From Rhodothermales bacterium (GTDB lineage: Bacteria > Bacteroidota > Rhodothermia > Rhodothermales > VXPQ01): a stretch of 30,126 nt of DNA. The notes below the pieces were generated by a model. That model was not told the DNA's origin. It searched no databases and worked only from the letters and a program-made list of their open reading frames with translations. Numbering within the stretch: the first letter of the stretch is position 1; each line of letters begins with the position of its first letter. Shown piece by piece: positions 17,228 through 25,447 of this stretch. The position numbers and the translations under genes are program-made. The stretch lies in assembly GCA_040904565.1 (NCBI GenBank), contig JBBDTI010000026.1:13728-43853 (forward strand), given 5' to 3'.

Positions 17228-17998
17228 GTGCACATTGATCCGGCATATCTGTTTACGCTGATGCTGGTGTTCGTACGGATCGGCGGACTCATGGTGTCGG
17301 CACCCCTCTTCAGCCACGCATCCATCCCCGTACGCGTTCGCGTACTGTTTTCGGCCATGATGGCCTACGTGCTCGTGGGTTTCGTACCGGGGCCCCTTCC
17401 ACCGAATCTCGGACACCCGGTCGCCTTCATCACGGCCATCCTCATCGAAGCGCTGACCGGCGTCATGCTCGGGTTTGCGGCACAGTTCGTGTTCTGGAGC
17501 GTGCAGTACGCGGGGGAAATCATCGGATACCAGATGGCGCTCGCCCTGGCAACGGCTTTCAATCCGATCGACGGCATGCACTCCAACCCCATCGGCCGCT
17601 TCCTGATGACGTCGCTGCTGCTCATTTTTCTACTCCTGGACGGTCATCATTACGTGCTCCAGGCTCTGGTGTACTCCTTCGACGCCGTGCCCCTCGCCGG
17701 TGCCAATCTGGCCGCCGGCGGGCCGGTCATGCTCGAATGGACCGGAACGTTCTTCAAAACGGCGCTGCAGCTGGCCTCACCATTCATGATCACCATCTTT
17801 CTCGTCGATGCATCGCTCGGCGTGTTCGCGAAAGTGGCCCCGCAGGCCGATCTGTTCTCCGTGGCCCTGCCGGTAAAACTCCTCGTCGGGCTGACGATGA
17901 TGGTTTTCTTCATCGGCAACTTCGTGCCGATGGTACCGGATTTCATCCAGCAGATGTTCAGCTATATGATGCGGATCGTGGGGATGCTGGCGACCTAG
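17228..17998 (+). CDS. fliR: Flagellar export protein FliR
   Basis: LVFVRIGG...PLF...IPVRVR, AGEIIGYQM, LDGHH, KVAPQADLF; GTG start. Confidence 0.95.
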   Translation: MHIDPAYLFTLMLVFVRIGGLMVSAPLFSHASIPVRVRVLFSAMMAYVLVGFVPGPLPPNLGHPVAFITAILIEALTGVMLGFAAQFVFWSVQYAGEIIGYQMALALATAFNPIDGMHSNPIGRFLMTSLLLIFLLLDGHHYVLQALVYSFDAVPLAGANLAAGGPVMLEWTGTFFKTALQLASPFMITIFLVDASLGVFAKVAPQADLFSVALPVKLLVGLTMMVFFIGNFVPMVPDFIQQMFSYMMRIVGMLAT

Positions 17999-18157
17999 CA
18001 ACCCGTCGAAGGCGCGAGGCCCCTGCAGCCCGAGCCCGGTTTTGCGAGGAAAGGGTTTCCAGCAACCGACGCGATTGTTTCCGGGAATTATCCCTATCGG
18101 GCACCCCGCTTTTCGTCGTCCAGAGAGCCGCGACCGGATAAACGGGCCGTCCGAGTT

Positions 18158-18173
18158 AGGCACCGTTTTTTCA
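18158..18173 (+). promoter_or_regulatory. Possible sigma54 promoter upstream of flhB (non-canonical -12)
   Basis: AGGCACCGTTTTTTCA: good -24 GGCAC, -12 reads TC instead of GC. Confidence 0.4.
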
Positions 18174-18209
18174 ACGGTGTCGTGCGTTCCCTAATGCATC
18201 CCATGGAGT

Positions 18210-19274
18210 ATGGACCAGGACCGCGACAGTAAACAGTTTGACCCGACCCCGCGGCGCATCGAAAAGGCGCGGGAGGAAGGCAACGTCTTTCGGTCACAGG
18301 AAACGACCGCCGTCGTCATGCTGGCGGTCGGCGTATCGATTCTCGTCGTAGGCCTGCCGTACGGCTTTGCCGGACTGAAGGCACTCACGACGCAGGTGTT
18401 CGTCGACGCCGCGGATCCCAACTTCAGCGTCAGCGAGATCCCGGTGATCATGTCGAACGTCGGAAGCCAGACGATCCTCATTCTCGCTCCGTTCCTTGCC
18501 GGACTCTTCCTCGCGGCCATCGCCGTCAGCCTGGCACAGTCGGGCTTCAATCTCACCGGCAAGCCGCTCATTCCGAAGCCGGAGCGGATCAGTCCGCTGA
18601 AGGGCCTCAAGCGCATGTTTTCCGCGCAGGGCCTCTTCACGTTCGGCAAGTCGCTCATCAAGATCCTCGTCGTCGGACCGATCTCCTATCTCACGATCCA
18701 GAAGCATATGCCGGAGATCCTGGTCCTCCATACGCGGGAGATGACCGACATCCTGTCGACCGGTACCTCGTGGATCATCGTGATGCTCTTCCAGCTCATC
18801 GCGATCCTGAGCGTGCTCTCCGCGGTGGATTTTGCCTTCGAGAAATGGCGCTACAAGCGGGATCTAAAGATGTCGAAGAAGGAGCTCACGGATGAAGCCA
18901 AAGAACAGGAGGGCGACCAGCAGATCAAGGGGAAACGTCGCGAGAAGGCCCGGGAACTCGCCCAGCGCGGGCGTCTCGATCACGCCGTTATGAAATCGGA
19001 CGTCGTCGTGACGAACCCGACCCATTATGCCGTCGCCCTCAAGTACGACCCGGACCAGTCCGACGCTCCCGTCGTCCTCGTGAAGGGTATTCGCAAGCGC
19101 GCCCTGCGCATCAAGGAGCTCGCCCTGGAGCACGACGTCCCGACCGTCGAAGACCGGCCGCTGGCCCGCGCGCTGTACGCCAGCGTCGACGAAATGGACA
19201 CCATCCCCGAAGAACTCTATCCCGCCGTCGCCGCTCTTCTGGCTGAGATCTATCGACAGCGCAACCAGCATTAA
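18210..19274 (+). CDS. flhB: Flagellar export switch protein FlhB
   Basis: PTPRRIEKAREEG, LKMSKKE, EGDQQIK, VVVTNPTHYAVALKY autocleavage motif. Confidence 0.97.
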   Translation: MDQDRDSKQFDPTPRRIEKAREEGNVFRSQETTAVVMLAVGVSILVVGLPYGFAGLKALTTQVFVDAADPNFSVSEIPVIMSNVGSQTILILAPFLAGLFLAAIAVSLAQSGFNLTGKPLIPKPERISPLKGLKRMFSAQGLFTFGKSLIKILVVGPISYLTIQKHMPEILVLHTREMTDILSTGTSWIIVMLFQLIAILSVLSAVDFAFEKWRYKRDLKMSKKELTDEAKEQEGDQQIKGKRREKARELAQRGRLDHAVMKSDVVVTNPTHYAVALKYDPDQSDAPVVLVKGIRKRALRIKELALEHDVPTVEDRPLARALYASVDEMDTIPEELYPAVAALLAEIYRQRNQH

Positions 19275-19340
19275 TAACGAAACGGGTTGGCCTAACGCGC
19301 CGCGCCGCCGACCCCTCACCGTCTTAAACGGTTCCACAAC

Positions 19341-21416
19341 GTGAACAGCACCGCACCGCCCCTTAACGCTCCGGCGCCCTTCAAGCTCGTTAACACCGAG
19401 ATGATGGTGGCCACCGGCATCGTGCTCGTCCTCATGGTCATGGTCGTGCCGCTGCCGACGTTTATGCTCGACATGCTGCTGGCGACCAATATCGCCATCA
19501 GCCTGGGGGTGCTCCTTACGGCATTCTACGCGCAGCGGCCCCTGGAATTCGCCGTCTTTCCCGGACTGCTGCTCATCACGACGCTGTTCAGACTCTCGCT
19601 CAACGTGGCCTCGACGCGCCTCATTCTGAGCGAAGGCAACGCCGGCGCGCTGATCACGGCCTTCGGCAACTTCGTCGTATCCGGCAACTACGTGGTCGGA
19701 GCCATCATCTTCCTGGTGCTGGTGCTGATCAACTTCGTCGTCATTACGAAAGGCTCCGGACGTATCGCGGAAGTGGCGGCACGCTTTACGCTCGACGCCC
19801 TGCCCGGTAAGCAGATGGCCATCGATGCCGACCTGAATGCCGGATTGATCGACGAGCGCCAGGCCATCAATCGACGCGAAGAGATCACCCGTGAGGCCGA
19901 CTTTTACGGGGCGATGGACGGTGCCAGCAAGTTCGTCCGAGGTGACGCCATCGCCGGGCTGATCATCACGGCCGTCAACATCGTCGGCGGACTCATCATC
20001 GGCGTGGCGCAGGTGGGCCTCTCGTTCGGCGAAGCCGGCGAGACGTACACGCTGCTATCCATCGGTGACGGACTCGTATCGCAGATTCCCGCCCTGCTGA
20101 TTTCCACGGCCGCGGGCATCATCGTGTCGCGCGCCAGCGGCGACGGCAACATCGCGTCCGATTTCGAGGGCCAGCTTTTCAAGAAGCCCCATCCAATACT
20201 TATTACGGGAGGATTTTTGGCCATGCTTGGACTCGTACCGGGCCTGCCGATCGTCCCCTTCTGGCTCCTCGCCGCCGGAACGATCCTCCTCGGCCGCAAT
20301 CGCGCGCAGCTTCAGAAAAAGGAGCATCACGCCTATCTCGAAGAAGCCAAGGTGAAACACGACGAAGAACCCAAGGACACGCCGTCCGATCTCCTCCTCG
20401 TCGATCCGCTCGAACTGGACATCGGGTATGCCCTGATATCCGTCGTCGACCCGGATCAGCAGGGTGACCTCCTCGAGCGCGTAAAGATGCTCCGCCAGCA
20501 ACTTGCCCTCGAACTCGGCATCGTGATCCCACCCGTCCGCATCCGGGACAATGTGGGCCTCGATTCGAATCGGTACGTGATCAAGATGCGGGGTAATCCG
20601 ATTGCCGAAGGCGAGATCATGCCGGGATACTACCTGGCGTTGCTCCCTGAGGAGATGGACTCACCTCCGCCCGGCATTCGAGTCGAGGATCCGACCTTCG
20701 GGCTCCCCGCCGTATGGATCGCCGAACGGAATCTCGACGAGGCCGAGCGCCACGGACTGACCGTCGTCGAGGCGCCGGCCGTCATCACGACGCACCTGCT
20801 CGAAGAGCTGCGAAAAGTGGCCTACCGGCTACTGGATCGCCAGGAAGTCAAGAAGCTGATCGATAAGGTCAAAGAAACGGCCCCTGCCCTCGTCGAGGAG
20901 CTCGTTCCCAATCTGATGTCGCTGGGCCAGATTCAGAAAGTGCTCAAGCGACTGCTCAGAGAACGCATACCGATCCGCGATCTGGTCACCATTCTGGAAA
21001 CGCTGGCCGATAACGCTCCGACGACAAAGAACGTCGACGTGCTGACGGAATACGTACGCGCATCGCTCGCCCAAACCGTGACGCGGCAGTTTGCCGGGCC
21101 GGATGGTATGGTCCACGTTTTCGTGCTCGATCCCCAGTTGGAACAGCACTTGCTTGAACGTGCAGAGCGGGGCGAGCTGAATCCGCACACGCTCGGACTC
21201 TCACCCGACAAGGCAGAGTCCGTCGTCACGGAATGCACCGCACTCTCGAAGAAAATGATCGGGGACGGACTCGCCCCCGTAATGCTGACGTCACCGGTAC
21301 TACGCCCAACCGTGTTCACCTTTCTTTCTCCCATGGTCTCCGACATTGCCGTCCTGTCCTATAACGATCTCATACCCGAAGCCGAGGTAGATGTCGTCGA
21401 CCAGGTTCGCATTTAA
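19341..21416 (+). CDS. flhA: Flagellar export protein FlhA
   Basis: RIAEVAARFTLDALPGKQMAIDADLNAG, FYGAMDGASKFVRGDAIAG, IGDGLVSQIPAL; exact start uncertain. Confidence 0.98.
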   Translation: MNSTAPPLNAPAPFKLVNTEMMVATGIVLVLMVMVVPLPTFMLDMLLATNIAISLGVLLTAFYAQRPLEFAVFPGLLLITTLFRLSLNVASTRLILSEGNAGALITAFGNFVVSGNYVVGAIIFLVLVLINFVVITKGSGRIAEVAARFTLDALPGKQMAIDADLNAGLIDERQAINRREEITREADFYGAMDGASKFVRGDAIAGLIITAVNIVGGLIIGVAQVGLSFGEAGETYTLLSIGDGLVSQIPALLISTAAGIIVSRASGDGNIASDFEGQLFKKPHPILITGGFLAMLGLVPGLPIVPFWLLAAGTILLGRNRAQLQKKEHHAYLEEAKVKHDEEPKDTPSDLLLVDPLELDIGYALISVVDPDQQGDLLERVKMLRQQLALELGIVIPPVRIRDNVGLDSNRYVIKMRGNPIAEGEIMPGYYLALLPEEMDSPPPGIRVEDPTFGLPAVWIAERNLDEAERHGLTVVEAPAVITTHLLEELRKVAYRLLDRQEVKKLIDKVKETAPALVEELVPNLMSLGQIQKVLKRLLRERIPIRDLVTILETLADNAPTTKNVDVLTEYVRASLAQTVTRQFAGPDGMVHVFVLDPQLEQHLLERAERGELNPHTLGLSPDKAESVVTECTALSKKMIGDGLAPVMLTSPVLRPTVFTFLSPMVSDIAVLSYNDLIPEAEVDVVDQVRI

Positions 21417-21464
21417 CGCACCAGGAGCGCCTGACCGTTCATCGCATACGCTGAGAGCAGCGCA

Positions 21465-22931
21465 ATGAAAATCAAGACGATAACTGCTTCATCCATCCAC
21501 GCCGCATTGATGGAGGCACGCAGGCATCTCGGAGACGAGGTGGTGCTGCTCGAGTCCGTGCCGGCCGACGGCGAAGAACCGGCGCGCATTACGGTCATGG
21601 CCGAGAAGGATCGCCGTACGGTGAGTGCGCGCGCCGGCACCGGCGGTGGGATCTCGAACGGCACGGGCACGGCACGGCGTCAGAATGGGCAAAACGGCTA
21701 CGGTTATCACGCCCATAAATCCGGCGCAGACCTCACCGTGGCGCAGGAAGATCGTGCCTCGACGGACGAACCCTTTTCCGCAAACCGCGGGGACGGTGTC
21801 GGCGGCGACGGTGCCGGTGGTGGCGCCACGAACGAACCCACACAAAACCCACGCAGCGACGACGGCGCGACGTACGGCGTCGACGTCGGGCGTCGATCTG
21901 TGCGGGATCTTATCGACGACGATACGCCGACGTACCCCGAACCCCGACGGCGCAGCCTCAGCGCTCCGGCCGGACGCGGACAGATCTTTCCGACCGGTCC
22001 CGATGCCGTGCAGGGACGGAGTTCGAAGCGTTCCGGCTCCTCGTTCGACGCCGTAGAACAGCTTCTGAAGGCACAGCTCAGCCTGCTTCATAACCGCCTC
22101 GACAACCTCGAACGCCAGTTCGGCGGCGCTATCATCGGAGCCGCCCAAAGATGGACGACCAATCCCCTCTTCAGCGATCTCCTCGACCAGGGCTTTCAAC
22201 CCGGAACGGTCACGAGGTTTTTCGACACGCTCGCTACGAAAGGCTTCTCACCGGATGCTGACCACGAAACGCTGAAGTGGGCGCTCGCGCAGGAGGTCAG
22301 GCGTGCGATCGGACTCTGCGCCATCCGAGAAACCCACGGGGCCCAGGTCTTCGTCGGACCCAGCGGATCGGGCAAGACCTCGCTGCTTCTCAAGCTGGCG
22401 AAGCACTCCGGATTCTACGGACGACGACAGACGGCTATCATCTCCATCTCCCCGGAAGAGGAGGACCGATCCTTTCACAACAGTCCCGTAGAGCTGTTTA
22501 GAAGCCATGGCCTACCCGTGCAGACGGTCTCGACGATGGAAGAAATGCACAAGGCCGTGCTGCGCGTGCAGCACTTCGATCACATTCTCATCGACACACC
22601 GTCGTTTCCCATGCAGCCCGGCGCGACGCGTAAGGCGCTTCGGCACGTAAAGCGACTGGTCGACCCGATTCTTCCGCTGCGCATTCAGCTCGTCGTCAAT
22701 GCCACCCGATCGCTGCACGACTTCGACGTCGACACCGTACGCGGCCTTCCACTGCGTCCGGAAGCACTCGCTCTTACGCATCTCGACGAGACGCCCGGCT
22801 GGGGCCGCGTAGCAGAGTGGCTAATCGCCCTCGAGATGCCCGTTCAGTTCGTCTCGACCAGTCCAGCCGTGCCGGACGGCGTCATCTCCTTCTCCCCGTC
22901 CTGGTTCGTCGAGGAAATGATGAAACTCTAA
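21465..22931 (+). CDS. flhF: FlhF-like SRP-family protein with degenerate GTPase motifs
   Basis: N-terminal MKIKTITASSIHAALMEARRHLGDEVVLL, P-loop GPSGSGKTS, position between flhA and flhG. Confidence 0.88.
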   Translation: MKIKTITASSIHAALMEARRHLGDEVVLLESVPADGEEPARITVMAEKDRRTVSARAGTGGGISNGTGTARRQNGQNGYGYHAHKSGADLTVAQEDRASTDEPFSANRGDGVGGDGAGGGATNEPTQNPRSDDGATYGVDVGRRSVRDLIDDDTPTYPEPRRRSLSAPAGRGQIFPTGPDAVQGRSSKRSGSSFDAVEQLLKAQLSLLHNRLDNLERQFGGAIIGAAQRWTTNPLFSDLLDQGFQPGTVTRFFDTLATKGFSPDADHETLKWALAQEVRRAIGLCAIRETHGAQVFVGPSGSGKTSLLLKLAKHSGFYGRRQTAIISISPEEEDRSFHNSPVELFRSHGLPVQTVSTMEEMHKAVLRVQHFDHILIDTPSFPMQPGATRKALRHVKRLVDPILPLRIQLVVNATRSLHDFDVDTVRGLPLRPEALALTHLDETPGWGRVAEWLIALEMPVQFVSTSPAVPDGVISFSPSWFVEEMMKL

Positions 22932-23004
22932 ACTTCCCCGCGGAAGCCATCCCCGTATCCATCCAGGCACCCCGACGTTCGTCCTCCGACCGATCGTAAA
23001 CCTT

Positions 23005-23796
23005 ATGCAGTTACCGACACACATGAAACGAGATTCCACCGTACTGGCCGTCGTCAGCGGCAAGGGAGGCGTAGGAAAGAGCGTCATAACGGTCAATCTG
23101 GCCGAGAGCCTGGCGGCTGACGGCCATCGCGTCGCCATCGTCGATGCCGATTTCGGGCAGAATGCCTGTTCCGTGCTTCTGAACGAAACGCCGGAAGCGA
23201 CGGTGATGGACGTGCTGAGATATACGGCCGAACCGAAAGACATGCGGCACGCGACCGCCATGGGTATTACGCTGATCGACGTCACGACGGAGCCGGACGG
23301 CGCATTCTCCCGCGAGCAGGAACTCTACAGCCGTCTCGACGATCTCGTGACGGACCTCCGCGGCGACCACGACTACGTACTCATCGACGCGCCGGCCGGA
23401 CTCGAAGGCCCCGTCCGATGGGCCGTAGATCGCGCCGACCTTACGACGCTCGTCATCGTCGGCGAACCGACCGCCATAGCTGATGCGTATCGCCTGGCAC
23501 GGTTGATCTGGACGAGCGATCCGTCCTACCCCGTTGCGACGATCGTAAACTTCGCGGACTCTGCCGAGGACGCCTCGAGCGTGGCGGATCGTTTCAGTGA
23601 GATCACGGAACGCTTCACGGGGCAGTTACCAAATTACCTTGGCTGGGTACCTTTTTCCCGTTCCATACGAAGTTCCGTAATGAAGCAGACGCCGGCCGCG
23701 CGACACGAAGGACCCGTGCGGAGGGCCTTCGAGGATCTGGCCCGCACCGTTAATGCCGGACGCACCCTGCTGGCCGAATCGGTGGATCCGCCTTAA
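23005..23796 (+). CDS. flhG: MinD/ParA-family ATPase FlhG/FleN
   Basis: SGKGGVGKS deviant Walker A, DAD, DAPAG, EPTAIADAY; follows flhF; start could be ATG 23023. Confidence 0.9.
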   Translation: MQLPTHMKRDSTVLAVVSGKGGVGKSVITVNLAESLAADGHRVAIVDADFGQNACSVLLNETPEATVMDVLRYTAEPKDMRHATAMGITLIDVTTEPDGAFSREQELYSRLDDLVTDLRGDHDYVLIDAPAGLEGPVRWAVDRADLTTLVIVGEPTAIADAYRLARLIWTSDPSYPVATIVNFADSAEDASSVADRFSEITERFTGQLPNYLGWVPFSRSIRSSVMKQTPAARHEGPVRRAFEDLARTVNAGRTLLAESVDPP

Positions 23797-23811
23797 AAAA
23801 ATAGTCTACCC

Positions 23812-23842
23812 GCTTAATTCGCGGTCTATTAAGCCGATACTT
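23812..23842 (+). promoter_or_regulatory. Putative sigma28 promoter upstream of the small membrane protein and fliA
   Basis: GCTTAA-N15-GCCGATACTT, with a near-consensus -10. Confidence 0.72.
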
Positions 23843-23918
23843 AAGCGTGAACGGGGGAAGGTCCCCTCTTCGCGCCGCAGTACGACGAGATAGATAACGC
23901 GCCGCACTGCCTTACACA

Positions 23919-23933
23919 TGGCATGCATCTTGT
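23919..23933 (+). promoter_or_regulatory. Possible sigma54 promoter upstream of the small membrane protein and fliA
   Basis: TGGCATGCATCTTGT: strong -24, -12 reads TTGT. Confidence 0.45.
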
Positions 23934-23989
23934 TGAAGCACTTAAGTAAATGCTGAAACGTCACACGACGATAGTCCGAAGTACCCACC

Positions 23990-24271
23990 ATGCGTGCACT
24001 TTACACACAGTTTAGCGGACTGGCAGGCCTTCTCGCCTTCCTCAATCAGCTCTGGACGTACGCTCCCCTGGAGCGGACGATTCTGATCGGATTTGGTACG
24101 GGCCTGGGCGTATACCTGCTGCTCATACTGGGTGACGTCACCATCAACCGCATCCTGGCTCAAACACCCCCCGCCCTTGCCGACAAGCCGGCAGGATCGG
24201 CGAACGGTTCGACGGGGAACGACGACTCAGGGGCGAACGAACAGGAGCAGCGCGAAGCCAAAGCGGCATAG
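23990..24271 (+). CDS. Small hypothetical membrane protein (about 2 hydrophobic helices)
   Basis: 93 aa with hydrophobic N-terminal half and polar tail; fills the flhG-fliA gap in operon orientation. Confidence 0.7.
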   Translation: MRALYTQFSGLAGLLAFLNQLWTYAPLERTILIGFGTGLGVYLLLILGDVTINRILAQTPPALADKPAGSANGSTGNDDSGANEQEQREAKAA

Positions 24272-24321
24272 CACCTGCCTACAACTAGGCTCCACACCAC
24301 GGCTCACTACTTCCGCCCGAT

Positions 24322-25083
24322 ATGTCTCAAGATCTACAGACGCTCGCCGAAGCTCACGCGAAGGACCCGACACCGGCCAATCGTGAAGCCGTCGTACTCG
24401 CGGCGGTACCACTCGTGCGGTCACTCATCGGTCGGTTGAGTATCCCCGATCATCCTCTCGCAACACGCGAAGACCTGGAGGACGTCGGACTCCTCGGGCT
24501 GCTTCAAGCTCTCGACAGCTACGACCCCGACCGCGGGACGCCCTTCGTTTCGTACTCGTACGGACGAATTCGCGGGGCGCTGGTCGACTACCTGCGGTCC
24601 ATCGACGCGCTCCCGCGTGAGCGTCGCCGCATGCTGGCGGAAGCCCACTCCGCCATCGAAACGCTTCGTCAGATGCTCGGCGCCGAGCCGGAAGATCAGG
24701 ACGTCGCCGACTACCTGGGCATGTCGCTGTCCGATTACCATACGCTCCTCCGTGACGCGCAGAGCCGCTATTCCCTGTCCCTGCACGAACCCACGGGCGT
24801 CGAGGGAGAACAGGCACTCCTGGAGTCCCTCCCCAATGAAGATGCCGAAGACAACTTCGAGCAGATCGACAAGGACTCGTTCTACGACTATGTCGCGACG
24901 CTCATCAAGGAGCTTACCGAACGGGAACAGACCATCCTCGCGCTGTACTACTTCGAAGACCTGACGCTTCGAGAAATAGCTTCTCTGCTCAATCTCACCG
25001 AAGCACGCATCTCGCAGATTCTCGGTAAGATTCTTCTTACGCTGCGCACCCGACTCAACGAGACCCGGTCCAAGGCGGCGTAA
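24322..25083 (+). CDS. fliA: Flagellar sigma factor FliA (sigma28/WhiG family)
   Basis: EDLEDVGLLGLLQALDSYDP, YGRIRGALVDYLRSID, LYYFEDLTLREIASLLNLTEARISQI. Confidence 0.95.
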   Translation: MSQDLQTLAEAHAKDPTPANREAVVLAAVPLVRSLIGRLSIPDHPLATREDLEDVGLLGLLQALDSYDPDRGTPFVSYSYGRIRGALVDYLRSIDALPRERRRMLAEAHSAIETLRQMLGAEPEDQDVADYLGMSLSDYHTLLRDAQSRYSLSLHEPTGVEGEQALLESLPNEDAEDNFEQIDKDSFYDYVATLIKELTEREQTILALYYFEDLTLREIASLLNLTEARISQILGKILLTLRTRLNETRSKAA

Positions 25084-25447
25084 GACCGGCCGTCGGTCGC
25101 AGCCGCCTCCCATACCACGGAACGCCATCCCGAGGCGCACGCGGACCCCGTTCCGAGTGCGCTTTTTGTATGAACGGCCGCTCGTGAACCGTTACTATAC
25201 GGGCACACCGCACGACGCCCCTGTTTCCTGTATCTTCGTCGAACAATTGGCATCCAGCCAAGTATATTAGCGCACTTTTTTGGGGACAGCTTCATGTGAA
25301 GCGCCGTGGTCCCTCGCAACGCGCTGTCGTCGCTCGACGTGGTTTTTTCCCTTCCACGTCACCGGGCACCGCACTCGCGGAACCCTGATCCGGCGAAGCA
25401 GAACGTGTATTTAAAGGCAAGAACTTAGACGGGACGGAGGTTGCCTT

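Noticed and set aside
21465-22931. flhF as a pseudogene
   Set aside because: The frame is uninterrupted and the N-terminal motif and P-loop are retained, so divergence is more likely than decay.
25084-25447. 364-nt gap after fliA as an ncRNA; TATCTTCG at 25231 as a Bacteroidota-type -7 box
   Set aside because: No tRNA or known RNA fold seen; the promoter match is short and imperfect.
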